From: a virus | Strand: one strand, 5' to 3' | UHGV virus genome: UHGV-0021788 | Length of the DNA: 64,000 nt | Shown here: positions 10,029-19,785 of the stretch, piece after piece | How positions within the stretch are numbered: the stretch's first letter is position 1 | Layout: each line of letters opens with the position of its first letter | Notes under the pieces: generated by a model | Databases searched by the model: none | Seen by the model: only the letters and a program-made list of their open reading frames with translations | Told to the model about the DNA's origin: nothing | Made by a program: the position numbers and the translations under genes

Positions 10029-12341
10029 ATGGGTAAACTTATAAGATTAGATAATCCTATTGAAATAGAATTTACTTTGGATAAGAAGGTATATAAAAGT
10101 CCTAATAGTAACTTTATGATATTAAGAGTATTTAGTGATACAATGGAAATTAAACCTTACTTAAATCCTATATATAATAATGTTAGTATGAAAGTAAATA
10201 CAGTAGGAGATATAAAATATAATGTAAAATATAAAGCTAAAATAATGGAATTAGAATATGATAAAAAATGGGGGTATTCAATCAAAGGACAAGAGATAAT
10301 ACCTTCTGATTTTTCAGCAGATTCCATTAATGATGATAATACAATGTTAAATTTTATAGAATTATTTATAGGTGAAAGTATAGCAGATAAATTAAAAAAT
10401 GTAATCGGTATATGTGATATAATAAAAAATAAAAATACCGAAGAACTATTAAAAGTACATGGAATAGGAGAAAAGACAGTAAATAAAATATATAATTCTT
10501 ATCAAGAGAATGTTGAAAACGCACATTATCTTATGACATTAAAACAATTAGGATTTACAGATAATGCTATAAATAAATTAAACACAGTATATAATAAAAA
10601 CTTATATGAAGCATGTCAACAAATAAAGAGTAATATATTTGATTTAGTATTTAAAGGATTTAGATTAGATATTATAGACAATATATTCTTAAGCAAAATG
10701 GAAGGAGATAAAAGAGACGAGAGAAGATTAGAATGTTACACTTATAAAGCTATCAACGATGTATTATATGAAGATTTTGAAAGTTTTATAAGTATTAGTA
10801 GATTTATGAGATTACCAGTAATAGAAAATACAATAGATAATGTTGGAGATAAAATATTTAATAAATGTATAGATAAATTAATAAAAGATAGAAAGATTTA
10901 TATCATAGAAGATAAATATATAACAACTTATGGTATTTATAATTGTGATGTTAATCTATATAGAAATTTAAGAAGATTAATAAATGGAGATAACAAAAGT
11001 AATGTAAATATAGATATAGATAAAGAAATAGATTACGAAGAAGAAAGATTAGGAGTAAAATTAAACAAAGGGCAAAGAAATTGTGTTAAATCTGTATTAA
11101 CTCATAATATATCTCTATTAACAGGTGGTGGAGGTGTTGGTAAGACTTTCACTTTAAACATAATATTAAATATAATGGATAGATTATATGAACCATTCTT
11201 CCCTACTTTAGTAGCCTTAAGTGGTAAAGCTAGTGGAGTATTAGCTGAATCAACTAACAGAGAAGCAAGTACAATTCATAGAGCATTAGGTTTCTCAGGT
11301 GGATTTTTTATGTATGATGCAACTAATCCATTAAAAACTGATATGTTAGTTATAGATGAAGTTTCTATGGTGTCAAATGGATTAATGCTAAGTTTATTAA
11401 GTGCTATTGAAACTGGAACTAAAATATTATTTATAGGAGATGAAAAACAGTTAACTAGTATTGGACATTCTAACACTATAAATGATTTAAATAAATTACC
11501 AATAAACAAATGTCAATTAAATGAACCTATGAGACAAGCGATGAAAAGTGGCATATTAAATGTGTGTACTGATATAAGAAATGATAAGAATCCATTTGTA
11601 AATAAAAAATTTGCATTATATGGTGAATTAAAAGATATGTCAGTTACTATAGGTGATGATAAATATTGGGAAATGATTAATGATTATGTAAAAAATTTTG
11701 ATGTTAATAATAAATTAGATTATACAGTTTTAGCTTGTACTAAAAAAGAAACAAGTAGAATAAATATAGATATTCAAAATGAATTAATAAAAAAAGGTAA
11801 ACTTAATAAAGACAGTAATTATATAGAAATTAGTACTGACCTTAAGGAAGATGATAAGAAAGTTAAAATGAAAGTATATCCAGGAAGTGTATTACTTATA
11901 ACAACAAATAAATATAACTTATTATCTGAAGAAGATTACTATAATAATAGAAAAGACGGTAAAAAATGTTTATTCAATGGTAATACTGTAATAGTAAAAG
12001 AAATATATTCTGATGCAATTAAAGTTAGTTTCAATAATGAAAACTTTATAATTCTTAGTGAATTTTATGATATATTAAGTGGTGGCTATAGCTACTCAAT
12101 ACATCGTTCTCAAGGAAGTACTATAAAATATTTATATATTTACTTAAGCAACACATATGTTGTAAAAGAAATGCTATTAGTAAATGAAGCATTATATACT
12201 GCTGTATCAAGAGGGAAAACAAGTTGTAAGTTATATGCAGAAAATTATATTATATTGACAAAAGCAATAAACAACAGAGAGATAAACAAAAGACAAACAG
12301 TATTAGAATTATTAATAGATGGTAAAATAGCTCTTAAATAA
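10029..12341 (+). CDS. RecD-like SF1 (Dda/RecD2 family) DNA helicase
   Basis: Walker A 'GGGGVGKTF', Walker B 'LVIDEVSMV', C-terminal 'YSIHRSQGST' (RecD motif V/VI-like), N-terminal helix-hairpin-helix-like segment 'KVHGIGEKTV'. ORF is open from 9894, but the ATG at 10029 follows a 'GGTGGG' RBS-like run; start uncertain. Confidence 0.75.
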   Translation: MGKLIRLDNPIEIEFTLDKKVYKSPNSNFMILRVFSDTMEIKPYLNPIYNNVSMKVNTVGDIKYNVKYKAKIMELEYDKKWGYSIKGQEIIPSDFSADSINDDNTMLNFIELFIGESIADKLKNVIGICDIIKNKNTEELLKVHGIGEKTVNKIYNSYQENVENAHYLMTLKQLGFTDNAINKLNTVYNKNLYEACQQIKSNIFDLVFKGFRLDIIDNIFLSKMEGDKRDERRLECYTYKAINDVLYEDFESFISISRFMRLPVIENTIDNVGDKIFNKCIDKLIKDRKIYIIEDKYITTYGIYNCDVNLYRNLRRLINGDNKSNVNIDIDKEIDYEEERLGVKLNKGQRNCVKSVLTHNISLLTGGGGVGKTFTLNIILNIMDRLYEPFFPTLVALSGKASGVLAESTNREASTIHRALGFSGGFFMYDATNPLKTDMLVIDEVSMVSNGLMLSLLSAIETGTKILFIGDEKQLTSIGHSNTINDLNKLPINKCQLNEPMRQAMKSGILNVCTDIRNDKNPFVNKKFALYGELKDMSVTIGDDKYWEMINDYVKNFDVNNKLDYTVLACTKKETSRINIDIQNELIKKGKLNKDSNYIEISTDLKEDDKKVKMKVYPGSVLLITTNKYNLLSEEDYYNNRKDGKKCLFNGNTVIVKEIYSDAIKVSFNNENFIILSEFYDILSGGYSYSIHRSQGSTIKYLYIYLSNTYVVKEMLLVNEALYTAVSRGKTSCKLYAENYIILTKAINNREINKRQTVLELLIDGKIALK

Positions 12342-12350
12342 TTAGAAAAG

Positions 12351-12378
12351 GAGAGTAAAAAATACTCTTCTTTTTTTA
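12351..12378 (+). terminator. Rho-independent terminator after helicase gene
   Basis: Hairpin 'agagta-aaaaa-tactct' followed by a T7 run. Confidence 0.5.
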
Positions 12379-12482
12379 AAAAGTGTTTACAAATTTTTGC
12401 AAAAAGTTTATATAATATATATAGGAATTAACCAAAATGTTAATAAAATAGTCTTATATAATATTTGAAAGGAGTAATTTAT

Positions 12483-12695
12483 ATGAACACACTAAAAAAG
12501 AAAAGAATGGAACTTGGAGTTACACAAGATTACTTAGCAGAAAAAATAGGTGTCTCAAAAATTACTATAAATCGTTGGGAAAATGATGCAAGAATACCTA
12601 ATATTTGTGATTTGGAAAATATAATTAGATATTATCAATTAACCGATGAAGAATTACATGAATTTATTTCATATGTAAATAAAAATAATAGATAA
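12483..12695 (+). CDS. XRE-family helix-turn-helix transcriptional regulator
   Basis: 'LGVTQDYLAEKIGVSKITINRWEN' HTH_3 signature; ATG at 12483 preceded by 'AAGGAG'. Confidence 0.75.
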   Translation: MNTLKKKRMELGVTQDYLAEKIGVSKITINRWENDARIPNICDLENIIRYYQLTDEELHEFISYVNKNNR

Positions 12696-12711
12696 AGGAA
12701 ATGATGAAGCA

Positions 12712-14235
12712 ATGAAGCATTTTGATTTAGAATTTGAAAATTCATTAAGGATGGCAGAAAAAAGAGCTTACCTTTCTGATATAATACCAAGTAGTGAAAT
12801 GCAGTTATGGAATAATAAAAATCTAGTAGTGATACAAGCACCAACTGGCTGTGGAAAATCAACTTTAATACAAACTACATTATATGATTTAGCAAAAACA
12901 CAAAGTAAAAAAATTTTAATACTTGTCAACAGAGAGAAACTAAAGAAAGAATTTGAAACTGATATAATTAATAATAAAAAAGAGGATGTGATTGATGTTA
13001 TGACTTATCAAACTTTAGAGGCTTATACAAAAAATCATGGAACTCAATATGATTTGTCAGAATATGATTATGTAATATCAGATGAATCACATTATTTTCA
13101 CAATGATAGCTTATTCAATAAATACACTCAAGAATCATTTGACAATATAATAAATAGTAATTCAGTAAAGGTATTTATGAGTGCTACAAATAAATCATTG
13201 ATTAATTATTTAGATTATTATGAATATGATTATAAACTATATTCATTAGATACCGACTATTCATATGCTAATATAACATTCTTTAATAAAAAATTATACA
13301 TATATGATTTACTTAGAAGTTTAAAAGAAGAAGGTGAAAAAGCAATTATATTCATGCAAGATATAATGTTAGCTTATGAAATATATGACATGTTTAAAGA
13401 TGATAGTCTTTTCTTATGTAGTAAATCAAATAAACAATATTATAGATATGTAAATGAAGATAAAATAAATAATATGCTAGAGAATAAAAAATTTGATTGC
13501 TTATTTCTTATAACAACAACTGTTTTTGAAAATGGAAATAATATAAAAGATGAAAATCTACATCATATGATTATACAACTTAGTGATTTAGATAGTATTC
13601 AACAATGTATAGGTAGAAAAAGAATTGAATGTTCAGATGATTATTTGAATATTGCTATATGCAATTTAAATAATCAAGCTTTAGGTGGTTTATTAACTAA
13701 AAATAAAGAAGTTGTGAGAGGTGCTGAATTATTAATAAGATTAGGTGAAAGGGCTTATGTGTCAAGATATTCAAAAGACTATGACCCTTGTGTTTATGAT
13801 ATTTATAATGATGCTGAAAAAAGAGTTGAAAAAAGAATAAATAGTTTTAGATATTTTAAATGTAAAAATAATATTAAAATGTATTCTAAATGGTTAGCCG
13901 ATGAAGATAAAATGGGATTCAAAAAAGATGTTATTAAATTATTTGGAAAAGAATGGGAAGGAGGAATATATTGTTTTAATGAAGACGAAATAAAAGGTAA
14001 ACAAACATTAAATGAATATATGGAATCTATTAAAGATAAAGATTTGCTAAAGGACGAACAAAAGGATTTAATAAAAAAGATTGGGCTAAAGGATAGTCGA
14101 AATGGTAGATTGATTAAATCTGTTAATTTTCTAAATAATTACTTATCTGAAGAAGGATATAAATATCAAATAGAAAATAAAAGAAAGAGAATAAATAATA
14201 AACAAGTTACAGTTTGGATTGTTAAAAATAAATAA
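12712..14235 (+). CDS. SF2 (DEAD/DEAH-like) helicase / ATPase
   Basis: Walker A 'APTGCGKST', DExH-like 'VISDESHYF', C-terminal helicase motif VI-like 'QQCIGRKRI'. Confidence 0.65.
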   Translation: MKHFDLEFENSLRMAEKRAYLSDIIPSSEMQLWNNKNLVVIQAPTGCGKSTLIQTTLYDLAKTQSKKILILVNREKLKKEFETDIINNKKEDVIDVMTYQTLEAYTKNHGTQYDLSEYDYVISDESHYFHNDSLFNKYTQESFDNIINSNSVKVFMSATNKSLINYLDYYEYDYKLYSLDTDYSYANITFFNKKLYIYDLLRSLKEEGEKAIIFMQDIMLAYEIYDMFKDDSLFLCSKSNKQYYRYVNEDKINNMLENKKFDCLFLITTTVFENGNNIKDENLHHMIIQLSDLDSIQQCIGRKRIECSDDYLNIAICNLNNQALGGLLTKNKEVVRGAELLIRLGERAYVSRYSKDYDPCVYDIYNDAEKRVEKRINSFRYFKCKNNIKMYSKWLADEDKMGFKKDVIKLFGKEWEGGIYCFNEDEIKGKQTLNEYMESIKDKDLLKDEQKDLIKKIGLKDSRNGRLIKSVNFLNNYLSEEGYKYQIENKRKRINNKQVTVWIVKNK

Positions 14236-14366
14236 TGGTGTAATTTTTGTACATAAACTAAAATAGAATTTGTGCAAAAATTGTATGTAAGCTTAAATAG
14301 AGCTTGTGCAGAAATTGTATGTAAGCTTATAAAAAATGGTGTAATTTTTGTACATAAACTAAAATC
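14234..14366. repeat. Intergenic direct repeats (two 31-bp copies plus two 26-bp copies), iteron-like
   Basis: 'aatggtgtaatttttgtacataaactaaaat' at 14234 and 14335; 'ttgtgca(a/g)aaattgtatgtaagctta' at 14270 and 14304. Confidence 0.7.
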
Positions 14367-14397
14367 TCTCTATAGGAAATAAAGTTTATGCGAAAAT

Positions 14398-14434
14398 AAA
14401 AAAAGGAACAGAAAATTAATCTGTTCCTTTTTTA
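14398..14434. terminator. Bidirectional rho-independent terminator between the convergent helicase and lysis operons
   Basis: 'aaaaaggaacag-aaaattaat-ctgttcctttttt': perfect 7-bp stem flanked by A-run and T-run. Confidence 0.7.
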
Positions 14435-15159
14435 TTATCTAAAACCTTATTAATTATATTCATTCCATTTTTCTCTTTATGTTTATTAAATGATAAGAGA
14501 TAATCTTTGGCACTTTGTTTTTTAGGTTTTTTTAATAATTTATCAACTATTTCTTTATTTGTTTTTTTAGTGTTTGTTATTTTAACAGTGACACTCGCAT
14601 GTTTTTCTTTTTTAGATTTTTTTTCTTTAGGAGTTTTATCTTCTATTGATGTAATTCTATGCATTTGTTTTAACAACATATGATAATATCCGTGGTCACA
14701 TCCATTTTCTACCCAGTACATATCTCCTAAATCTTGTATATAATAACACGAATTAAAATAATAAGTGTTGGATTTTCTAACGCCAGACATTACAGCAAGT
14801 TTATCAATCATTGCTTTATAACCGTCTTTGATGTTTTTAAATCTCATCCAACCATGTTTGGCTTTTAGACCTCCAGGGTTGTTATAGCTTCTAAAAAGAT
14901 GACTTTTACCATAGCCTGTTTCTATACTTGTCATTGCTACAACTAATGTTGCATCCACTCCTACTTTATCACAGTATTCATAGATATAGTCAACACAACC
15001 CATTAATTTTTTACTAGTATTTCTATTGTATAAAAATACTTTAGCTTGATAAGGTGTTGATGTATTATCGGTTGCTATTATTGGTTTACTCGCATAACTG
15101 GAGCAAGGAAGTAAAACCATTAACATACATAAGAATAAAGTAAATATTTTCTTTTTCAT
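14416..15159 (-). CDS. Secreted GH73 family N-acetylglucosaminidase (mannosyl-glycoprotein endo-beta-N-acetylglucosaminidase-like)
   Basis: N-terminal signal peptide 'MKKKIFTLFLCMLMVLLPCSSYAS'; GH73 catalytic region 'VAMTSIETGYGKS...YNNPGGLKA'. Confidence 0.7.
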   Translation of the reverse strand: MKKKIFTLFLCMLMVLLPCSSYASKPIIATDNTSTPYQAKVFLYNRNTSKKLMGCVDYIYEYCDKVGVDATLVVAMTSIETGYGKSHLFRSYNNPGGLKAKHGWMRFKNIKDGYKAMIDKLAVMSGVRKSNTYYFNSCYYIQDLGDMYWVENGCDHGYYHMLLKQMHRITSIEDKTPKEKKSKKEKHASVTVKITNTKKTNKEIVDKLLKKPKKQSAKDYLLSFNKHKEKNGMNIINKVLDNKKGTD

Positions 15160-16046
15160 TATTTATCATCTCGATAAAAAATATTCATATCAACTTTACC
15201 TATACCATCAATATAACCCTTATCAGTGTATTGCCACATTCTAAATTTACCTAGTTTTATACATTTTCCATTCCATGAAGCAATCCATGTATAATGACTA
15301 TTCAATAAATCTTTTGTAAAATAATTATCACTAAAATCCAAATTTGTATATATACCACTATCGTATCCATCTTTTTCTACTATTCTACAAAATTCGTTTC
15401 CAAGAGATGTAACTAATTTTTTAGTGGGTCTAACTCCAAATTGAGTAGAATATCGTACTGAATCATATTCATAATCAAACCATACTCCTAATGTTATATG
15501 CTTTCTGTATGGTTCAATTAATTTTAAACAGAAATTTGTCTCTTTCTTGACATCATTTAAATCCATAGCATAACTAAAATGATACACACCTATTTCCATA
15601 TCATTTTTTATAGCTTGTTCTATATTATATTTAAATTTATAATCTTCTGTTTTAGCATATCCAGTTCTTATTATACAAAAGTCTATCCCTGCCTTTTTAA
15701 CTCTCTTCCAATCTATAGTCCCATTCCATTTAGAAACATCTATTCCTTTAAGTTGTTTCTTATCTGATTTTATATTACCCTTCTTTTTAGATTCTTTCTT
15801 TATCTCTTTTTCCAATTCTGTATTGTTGCTTATTACTTTAGTTTTCTCTTCTTTGTTTTTTCTACTTTCTTCAACTTTAGAATTCTTTCCGATAAGAGAA
15901 TTTATCAAATCTAAACCATTATTTTTTGGTCTTTGATTACTGTTGTCTAAAATATTGTAAATAATGTCAGTTGGTTGGGCATTAATTGTTTGTATTGGGA
16001 AAGTTAATACACATAATGCAATTAAAAAAGACAGTATCTTTTTCAA
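15159..16046 (-). CDS. Secreted GH25 family muramidase (lysozyme)
   Basis: Signal peptide 'MKKILSFLIALCVLTFPIQTINAQ'; GH25 signature 'GIDVSKWNGTIDWKRVKKAGIDFCIIRTGYAK...GVYHFSYA'. Confidence 0.8.
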   Translation of the reverse strand: MKKILSFLIALCVLTFPIQTINAQPTDIIYNILDNSNQRPKNNGLDLINSLIGKNSKVEESRKNKEEKTKVISNNTELEKEIKKESKKKGNIKSDKKQLKGIDVSKWNGTIDWKRVKKAGIDFCIIRTGYAKTEDYKFKYNIEQAIKNDMEIGVYHFSYAMDLNDVKKETNFCLKLIEPYRKHITLGVWFDYEYDSVRYSTQFGVRPTKKLVTSLGNEFCRIVEKDGYDSGIYTNLDFSDNYFTKDLLNSHYTWIASWNGKCIKLGKFRMWQYTDKGYIDGIGKVDMNIFYRDDK

Positions 16047-16047
16047 T

Positions 16048-16659
16048 CTAGTCGTCTTCTTTATCTTTTGGTATTATTACTCTGAAAGTTAATACACCAG
16101 CAACAACAAATAATCCCATTTTAAACAAATCAACCAAAATATTAACAAAGCTTTCTTGTAAAGTTGTAAACCATGCTCCTTGTGGTGATATGCCTAAAGC
16201 TAAAATGAACATAATTATCCACATTATCCCTATTGCTAGTTTTTGTTTGTTTCTTTGAAACCAAGTTTTTTTAGGATTAGGACAACATTTTTCACAATGG
16301 CATCCTGTTGGATGTTGTTCAGTTTTAGGGGATTCAACAACCATTTTCTTTTCCACAATACAAGATTCAACACCTTTGCAAGTAAGATGCTCATATTGTT
16401 CTTGTTGAATTTCACCATTAATAGGACAACCTATTCCATTTTTACTTGTGCTATTTAAGATGTTATTTATTTCATCTAGTTTTTTCATTTCAGCACATAA
16501 CTCATCTTTTTTCAATCTTATGTCTAAGTTTTGAGTTTCTCTTATTCTTTTTTCTTCTAAAGCTTCTTTAATCTCACGAATGTTTTCATTTCTATCTTTC
16601 TCATTCATAGTAATTTTTTCAGCTCCTTCTAACATGTTTTTGATTTTTAGAGATTTCAT
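16048..16659 (-). CDS. Membrane protein with coiled-coil and Cys-rich N-terminal domain and two C-terminal TM helices; possible holin-like lysis protein
   Basis: Translationally coupled upstream of GH25/GH73 (stop 16048, next start 16046); TM segments 'LAIGIMWIIMFILALGI' and 'GLFVVAGVLTFRVIIP'. Confidence 0.4.
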   Translation of the reverse strand: MKSLKIKNMLEGAEKITMNEKDRNENIREIKEALEEKRIRETQNLDIRLKKDELCAEMKKLDEINNILNSTSKNGIGCPINGEIQQEQYEHLTCKGVESCIVEKKMVVESPKTEQHPTGCHCEKCCPNPKKTWFQRNKQKLAIGIMWIIMFILALGISPQGAWFTTLQESFVNILVDLFKMGLFVVAGVLTFRVIIPKDKEDD

Positions 16660-16743
16660 GCTTCCACCTCACAATCTCTTATTTTTTTGATAATTATTTT
16701 ACATATATTTAATAATACATTTTTATTAATTTTATTAAAACTA

Positions 16744-16780
16744 TTTACTTTTAATAAAAGTTTTAGTATATTATATATAT
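16744..16780 (+). promoter_or_regulatory. Conserved sigma-A-type promoter cassette (copy 1a, degenerate -10)
   Basis: 'tttacttttaataaaagttttagtatattatat'; member of a 10-copy family. Confidence 0.5.
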
Positions 16781-16797
16781 AAAATTTTTTAAATATG

Positions 16798-16846
16798 TTT
16801 ACTTTTAACAAAAGTATTAGTATAATATAAGTAAAAGGAAGGAGAT
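16798..16846 (+). promoter_or_regulatory. Conserved promoter + RBS cassette (copy 1b) driving 16853 gene
   Basis: 'tttacttttaacaaaagtattagtataatataagtaaaaggaaggag'; -35 TTTACT, 17-nt spacer, -10 TATAAT, then GGAGG. Confidence 0.65.
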
Positions 16847-16852
16847 GAAGGT

Positions 16853-17176
16853 ATGAAAAATCCAGTTAATCAAATTCACAAAAAAATGTTAGAAGAATTT
16901 GAAAGTAAAAGAAAATATAATAAAAGAATGATAGAAGAAGATGTATCATGGAGAAAAGTACCGTTTGAAATAAAAAAAATATTTTATGAAGCATACGATT
17001 TAACAAATGAATTGTCAGATGAATTGTTAATAAAAATAGAAGATAGTAAAGAAGAATTTGATTATGAGATAGATGAATACTTTAATTATATTATGTTGGA
17101 GGAAGAATGGTATAATTTAATATTTTTCTCATTATGCAGAAAATATGGAATAGATAAAAATGTTCTATCAATTTAG
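16853..17176 (+). CDS. Hypothetical early protein (107 aa)
   Basis: ORF with promoter/RBS cassette immediately upstream. Confidence 0.6.
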   Translation: MKNPVNQIHKKMLEEFESKRKYNKRMIEEDVSWRKVPFEIKKIFYEAYDLTNELSDELLIKIEDSKEEFDYEIDEYFNYIMLEEEWYNLIFFSLCRKYGIDKNVLSI

Positions 17177-17230
17177 TGAAATATAAAATAAAAATAAAGT
17201 AAATATAGTTAGAAAATGGAGAGATAATGA

Positions 17231-18256
17231 ATGGAAGAAAAAGAAAAAAGAGCAATAGATATAGAAGATATGTTTGAAGTCTGTACTATAAAAGATGAAC
17301 ATGGGGAAGATGGTTATAGTTTAGGAACATACAAGGACAGACAAGCCCTAAGTGGTTTTTATATAAAAGCTAAAAGAGATAGTTTATTAGAGAGAGTAGA
17401 GGGTTTCTTTTGTGGTAAATTTAAATTAGAAAATGACCCTGAAAATTATAGACAAGAAGCGAGGATAGAGCTTTGGTTATCAATAGATAAATATTATAAT
17501 AAACTTGGCTATGATGATAGTGTTAAAGGAGATGGATTAATATTTACCAATTGCAAATATAAGGCAATGGATATGGCTAAATTGGCTAAAGGAAATGTAT
17601 CTGTTTGTGACAGAACAACTGGTAAATATTATATAAATAAAATAGAATCATTTGAACAGAAGTTCATTGAAGAAAATGATAAGATGAGAAATCAAAAAGA
17701 TGAGAAATATTTAAGTGAAAAATATAATATTGAAGATTTTAATAAAGTATTTACTGGAGAATATGAAACAACAAATGAATTTATTCGATGGTTTGAAAAA
17801 AATAAAAGTTATATATTAACAAAAAAACAAATAGATTATTTAAATGGAGATGCAATAATAAAAAACGCAAGTGGTGTTTGGATAATAAATAAAAATATAA
17901 GAAAAAGAGTAGAAAGTTGTTATGCAAATGATAAATTAAAAAAAGAAAGAATTAAGAAATTAAATAAAAAATTAAAGAGTGTAAATTATTTATTAGAATT
18001 TAGTGATGAAGAAGATTTGATTAATAGACTTAAAAGAATGTCAAAGAGAAAAGATGATAGGATTTTAATGAAATTATTTGAATATCTAAGTAAAGATGAA
18101 TGTATTCTATTAACTAGAATATTAAATGATAAAGACTATGAAGTTGAAAATAAAAAATTTTATTATAACATAATAGAAATATTAATAAATGAAGAAGTAT
18201 ACATAAATAATTTAATTGAAAATATGAAGAAGGAAGGTGAAATCCCTTGGGATTAA
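17231..18256 (+). CDS. Hypothetical early protein (341 aa)
   Basis: ORF with AGGAG-like RBS context; no confident domain. Confidence 0.55.
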   Translation: MEEKEKRAIDIEDMFEVCTIKDEHGEDGYSLGTYKDRQALSGFYIKAKRDSLLERVEGFFCGKFKLENDPENYRQEARIELWLSIDKYYNKLGYDDSVKGDGLIFTNCKYKAMDMAKLAKGNVSVCDRTTGKYYINKIESFEQKFIEENDKMRNQKDEKYLSEKYNIEDFNKVFTGEYETTNEFIRWFEKNKSYILTKKQIDYLNGDAIIKNASGVWIINKNIRKRVESCYANDKLKKERIKKLNKKLKSVNYLLEFSDEEDLINRLKRMSKRKDDRILMKLFEYLSKDECILLTRILNDKDYEVENKKFYYNIIEILINEEVYINNLIENMKKEGEIPWD

Positions 18257-18831
18257 ATAGAAGAAGTATTATGAATACTAATGAAAATACAACTAAAAAT
18301 GCTAGTAAAATAAGTTTAAGTGATTCTCAAAAAGAGGCAATAAAAATAGCAATAGCTAATAAAAAAGAAAATAGAGAAATAGACATATGTACTTTAGAGG
18401 AAAATAAAGAGGATATAAAGGAAGTTACTACTGAAAAGGTAGAATTAGCTAATGACATGGTTAAAACTCCAATAGAGCCAATTAATGAGGTTACAGATAC
18501 AATTGAAGAAGATACTAATGTTGTAGAGGTAGTCGAGGAAAAAGTGGTTGAAGAAGTAGCCGAAGTTCAAGAAAATGAAAAAGAAGAAATAGAAGATTTA
18601 AATACAGAAAAAGATGATATAGCAAAAATAATAGAAGAAGAAAGTAATAAATCAGAAGAAGATAAAAAAGTTATATGTTTAGATACTGGAATAGTATATG
18701 AAAACAGTAAAGATGCAGAAAGTAAAACTGTCGCTAAAGCCAATGCAATCACTAGATGTTGTAGAGGAAATTGTAAGAAAGCTGGTAAATTGAGATGGCA
18801 ATATTACAGTGATTATTTACTTGAAAAATAA
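18247..18831 (+). CDS. Acidic hypothetical protein with C-terminal Cys cluster ('CLDTG...TRCCRGNCKKAGKLRWQYY')
   Basis: ORF overlaps previous stop; Glu-rich centre; possible zinc-ribbon at C-terminus. Confidence 0.5.
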   Translation: MGLNRRSIMNTNENTTKNASKISLSDSQKEAIKIAIANKKENREIDICTLEENKEDIKEVTTEKVELANDMVKTPIEPINEVTDTIEEDTNVVEVVEEKVVEEVAEVQENEKEEIEDLNTEKDDIAKIIEEESNKSEEDKKVICLDTGIVYENSKDAESKTVAKANAITRCCRGNCKKAGKLRWQYYSDYLLEK

Positions 18832-18841
18832 AATAAAAACA

Positions 18842-18881
18842 TTTGACTTTTAATGAAAATATTAGTATTATATAAGTAAAG
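18842..18881 (+). promoter_or_regulatory. Conserved promoter cassette (copy 2)
   Basis: 'tttgacttttaatgaaaatattagtattatataagtaaag': -35 TTGACT, 17-nt spacer, -10 TATTAT. Confidence 0.6.
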
Positions 18882-18990
18882 CTACGATAAATCAATAAAA
18901 AACATATATAGTTGTCTTACATAAAAAATGTAATATTTCAATTAATACACCATAAACGGTATATTAATTAATATGTAAGGAGAGATAACA

Positions 18991-19785
18991 ATGACTGAAA
19001 AAGAATTTGTAAGGGCATTGGTAGCAGAATGTAAAAGGAATGGATATAGAATATCGCAACCTAATGTTAAGAAAGTAATAAAATCTTTAAGAAATTTGAC
19101 ATTTAAAACTTGCTTAGAAGGAGAAGAAGTTAGATTGTTAGGGTTTTGCACATTTACACCTGAAGAAACAAGAGATGTAATCCTACCAAATGGAGAACAC
19201 AATAAAAAGAGAACTGTCATAAGAGTAAAATTAACAGAAGTATTTAAAAGAAGGTTTAGAGATACAGCAGTATTAGTAAGAGATGGAGCTATGGATATAT
19301 CAGATATTCATTATAATATGTTCTTTGAAGATGATGAAGAATATGATGATTTATTTGATGATTTAGATGAAGAAATAGAGGAAATAGAAGAACAGATAGC
19401 AGAACTAGAAGATGAAGATGATGAAAATGAAATTGACGACGACGACGAAGAAGATACAGATACAGATGAAGAAGATGATGATGAAGAATTAGATAGCGAA
19501 GAGGATAATGATGCTGATGACGACAATATAGACAATGAAGAAACTGCTGATGATGAGGAAGAAGACGACAACTTAAATACAGAAGAAATGGAAGAAAATG
19601 ACGATGATGAAGATACAGATGATGATACTGATTCTGATGATGAATTAGAAGAAGAAGAAGATGAAACTGATGATGAAGATGATGATGAAGATGATGATGA
19701 AGAAAATTCTGAAACAGAAGAACTAATAGAAAAATTAAATAGTTTGTATGAAGAATTTAAAAGTAATTTAAGAGGTGGAAAATAG
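18991..19785 (+). CDS. HU/IHF-fold DNA-binding domain (~90 aa) fused to a ~170-aa polyacidic (D/E-rich) tail
   Basis: N-terminus 'MTEKEFVRALVAECKRNGYRISQPNVKKVIKSLRNLTFKTCLEGEEVRLLGFCTFTPEETRDVILPNGEHNKKRTVIRVKL' aligns with the HU pattern (helix-helix, 'V.L.GFG.F', beta-arm). It is followed by 'EDDEEYDDLFDDLDEEIEEIEE...DDEDDDEDDDEE'. Confidence 0.7.
   Translation: MTEKEFVRALVAECKRNGYRISQPNVKKVIKSLRNLTFKTCLEGEEVRLLGFCTFTPEETRDVILPNGEHNKKRTVIRVKLTEVFKRRFRDTAVLVRDGAMDISDIHYNMFFEDDEEYDDLFDDLDEEIEEIEEQIAELEDEDDENEIDDDDEEDTDTDEEDDDEELDSEEDNDADDDNIDNEETADDEEEDDNLNTEEMEENDDDEDTDDDTDSDDELEEEEDETDDEDDDEDDDEENSETEELIEKLNSLYEEFKSNLRGGK

Noticed and set aside
17231-18256. Possible sigma-factor-like region 2 in the 341-aa early protein ('ARIELWLSIDKYY...')
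   Set aside because: Similarity is weak and regions 2.4/4.2 cannot be recognised; left as hypothetical.
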